Below, one piece after another: positions 7,538 to 8,734 of a stretch of DNA of 8,734 bases (position 1 is the first letter of the stretch; every line of letters starts with the position of its first letter). Source of the stretch: Octopus sinensis (Eukaryota); contig NW_021828327.1 in NCBI RefSeq assembly GCF_006345805.1, positions 1 through 8,734 on the forward strand, written 5' to 3'. The notes under the pieces were generated by a model. The model searched no databases, was not told the DNA's origin, and saw only the letters and a program-made list of their open reading frames with translations. The translations under genes and the position numbers were made by a program.

Positions 7538-7668
7538 TAATATTCTTTTCTACTCTAGGCACAAAGTCCGAAATTTTGGGGGAGTGGGTGGGGCAGTCGA
7601 CCCCGAAGGATGAAAGGCAAAGTCGACCTTGGCGGAATTTGAATTCAAAACCTAAGGGCAGACGAATT
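7538..7668 (-). mobile_element. SINE family B, 5'-truncated with about 42-bp internal deletion, tail type ii
   Basis: ATATTCTTTTCTACTCTAGGCACAA...GCAGTCGA|CCCCGAAGGATGAAAGGCAAAGTCGACC..GGCGGAATTTGAA...GGCAGACGAA; no box A. Confidence 0.88.
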
Positions 7669-7690
7669 ATTGGTCAATAAAATAATAAGC

Positions 7691-7740
7691 GATGGTCACG
7701 GCTGAAATGTCTTCGGTCAGAAGTCTGATTAGGATTAACA
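7691..7740 (+). repeat. Dispersed repeat fragment matching 5896-5950
   Basis: Shared GATGGTCAYGGCTGWAAYGYC and AGGATTRAC. Confidence 0.45.
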
Positions 7741-7820
7741 ACAGAACAAGACTCTCTCAGACATTCACACACATCCACACGTTCGCATACAAAAGTACAT
7801 ATACGCATAGACAGTGACGT

Positions 7821-8040
7821 ATATTCTTTTCTACTCTAGGCACAAGGCCTGGAATTTTGGTGAGGGCGGGCAGTCGATTAGATCGACCCCAAATACGCAA
7901 CTGGTACTTAATTTATCGACACCGAAAAGATGAAAGGCAAAGTCGACCTCGGCGGAATTTGAACTCAGAACGCAGCGGCAGACGAAACACGGCTACGCAT
8001 TTCGCCCGGCGTGCTGACGATTCTGCCAGCTCGCCGCTTT
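7821..8040 (-). mobile_element. Full-length SINE family B, tail type ii
   Basis: Sense 5' AAAGCGGCGAGCTGGCAGAATCG (box A), GAGTTCAAATTCC (box B, 7966-7954), body GACTTTGCCTTTCATCTTTTCGGTGTCGATAAATTAAGTACC resembling the Meta/Sauria-type central domain (recalled), tail GGCCTTGTGCCTAGAGTAGAAAAGAAT. Confidence 0.92.
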
Positions 8041-8042
8041 AT

Positions 8043-8230
8043 TGAGGAGAGAATATTAAACATGTTTTAGTGAATGGCATGGAAAGAATACGAACGAAGC
8101 CATCATAAAATTTGCCTCAATTTATACTGACCATTATATAAGCATTATAGATACAACACTTCAAACAAGTGGTGGAATCATGTACACCAAAAAGGGCATC
8201 AATGAATACTTAAAGCAAAATCTATCAAAA
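8043..8230 (+). mobile_element. RTE-type LINE relic, continuation (includes direct-repeat copy 2, 8043-8141)
   Basis: RILN...WKE / TNEAIIKFASI (ACGAACGAAGCCATC 8090-8104) / KWWNHVHQKGHQ*ILKA (from 8167); compare recalled RTE consensus RRILNI.WK...TNE.I......I....LRW.GHV.RM...RIPK. Confidence 0.55.
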
Positions 8231-8239
8231 GGATTATGA

Positions 8240-8550
8240 TTTAAACAACAGCGAAAGCCTTTCATATTTTATGTGAGAAATTCCCTCGCGATGTGGGAAT
8301 TTTCAAAAGCTGTAAACAAAATCTTTTGGAGTAAGCATTCAATGAAAACCTCGAGACATAAGTGAATGACCTCTTCCGTTATTTGCCCAACTTTGTATGA
8401 ATGTATAAAGAGTGAGCTGCGTGAAGGCACGTGACTAATGGACTGATGAAAAAGATTCACTTAATGAACGACATCAGGTCATAGGATATAAGAACGTTTA
8501 CCGACACTGACAATAACGAGTTCCTCGAAAGATATTTTCCACTGGATTTC
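8240..8550 (+). mobile_element. Second decayed RTE-type LINE C-terminal fragment
   Basis: TAKAFHIL..; VGIFKSC (8293-8313); NLET*VN; VSW/RE/HVTN (8412-8439, frameshifted); DIRS; NVYR/DNN/RVPRKIF (8517-8537). Colinear with recalled consensus KA..AF..L...K..IF.SC....LE..VN.F...CLR.I.GVSWR.HVTN.E.....RW.GHV.R....R.P.KI. Confidence 0.6.
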
Positions 8551-8604
8551 ATTGTCACCAGATCTGGATTCAGGACTTTAGACATGCACATATTCGCGCA
8601 TTAT

Positions 8605-8734
8605 ACCTATTTCTTTATTACCCACAAGGGGCTAAACACAGAGGGGACAAACAAGGACAGGCATAGGTATTAAGTCGATTACATCGACCCCAGTGCGTAA
8701 CTGGTACTTAATTTATCGACCCCGAAAGGATGAA
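8605..8734 (-). mobile_element. SINE family B, 3' part (runs off window), tail type iii
   Basis: GTCGATTACATCGACCCCAGTGCGTAACTGGTACTTAATTTATCGACCCCGAAAGGATGAA body; distinct tail CCCCTCTGTGTTTAGCCCCTTGTGGGTAATAAAGAAATAGGT in the sense orientation. Confidence 0.9.

Noticed and set aside
1-8734. CRISPR array, prokaryotic operon, intact transposase or intact RT
   Set aside because: No regularly spaced repeat-spacer units, no long non-repetitive ORF, no terminal inverted repeats; every retroelement coding piece carries stops and frameshifts.

Overview
Repeat-saturated, AT-rich eukaryotic non-coding DNA (intron or intergenic), most likely from an octopus or other coleoid cephalopod. That taxon is inferred from my recollection of the SINE families and the microsatellite load, not from a database search. 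I find no supportable protein-coding gene; almost all ORF-track entries are microsatellite translations. The window holds dense di-, tri- and tetranucleotide arrays and at least three tRNA-derived SINE families: two with a CORE-like box on +, and one with a Meta-like body in four copies on -. Decayed retroelement coding relics are visible only by translating across frameshifts: a clear Penelope-like RT/thumb fragment (4885-5412, -) and RTE-type LINE C-terminal fragments (about 7300-7536/8043-8230 and 8240-8550, +). The most interesting structure is a 92/99-bp direct duplication of LINE sequence bracketing a SINE-spacer-SINE cassette, a candidate very long target-site duplication. Also notable are three alternative 3' tails on one SINE body and a GTCGA-N5-TCGAC hairpin shared between two SINE families. 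I see no convincing evidence of a new multi-gene system.
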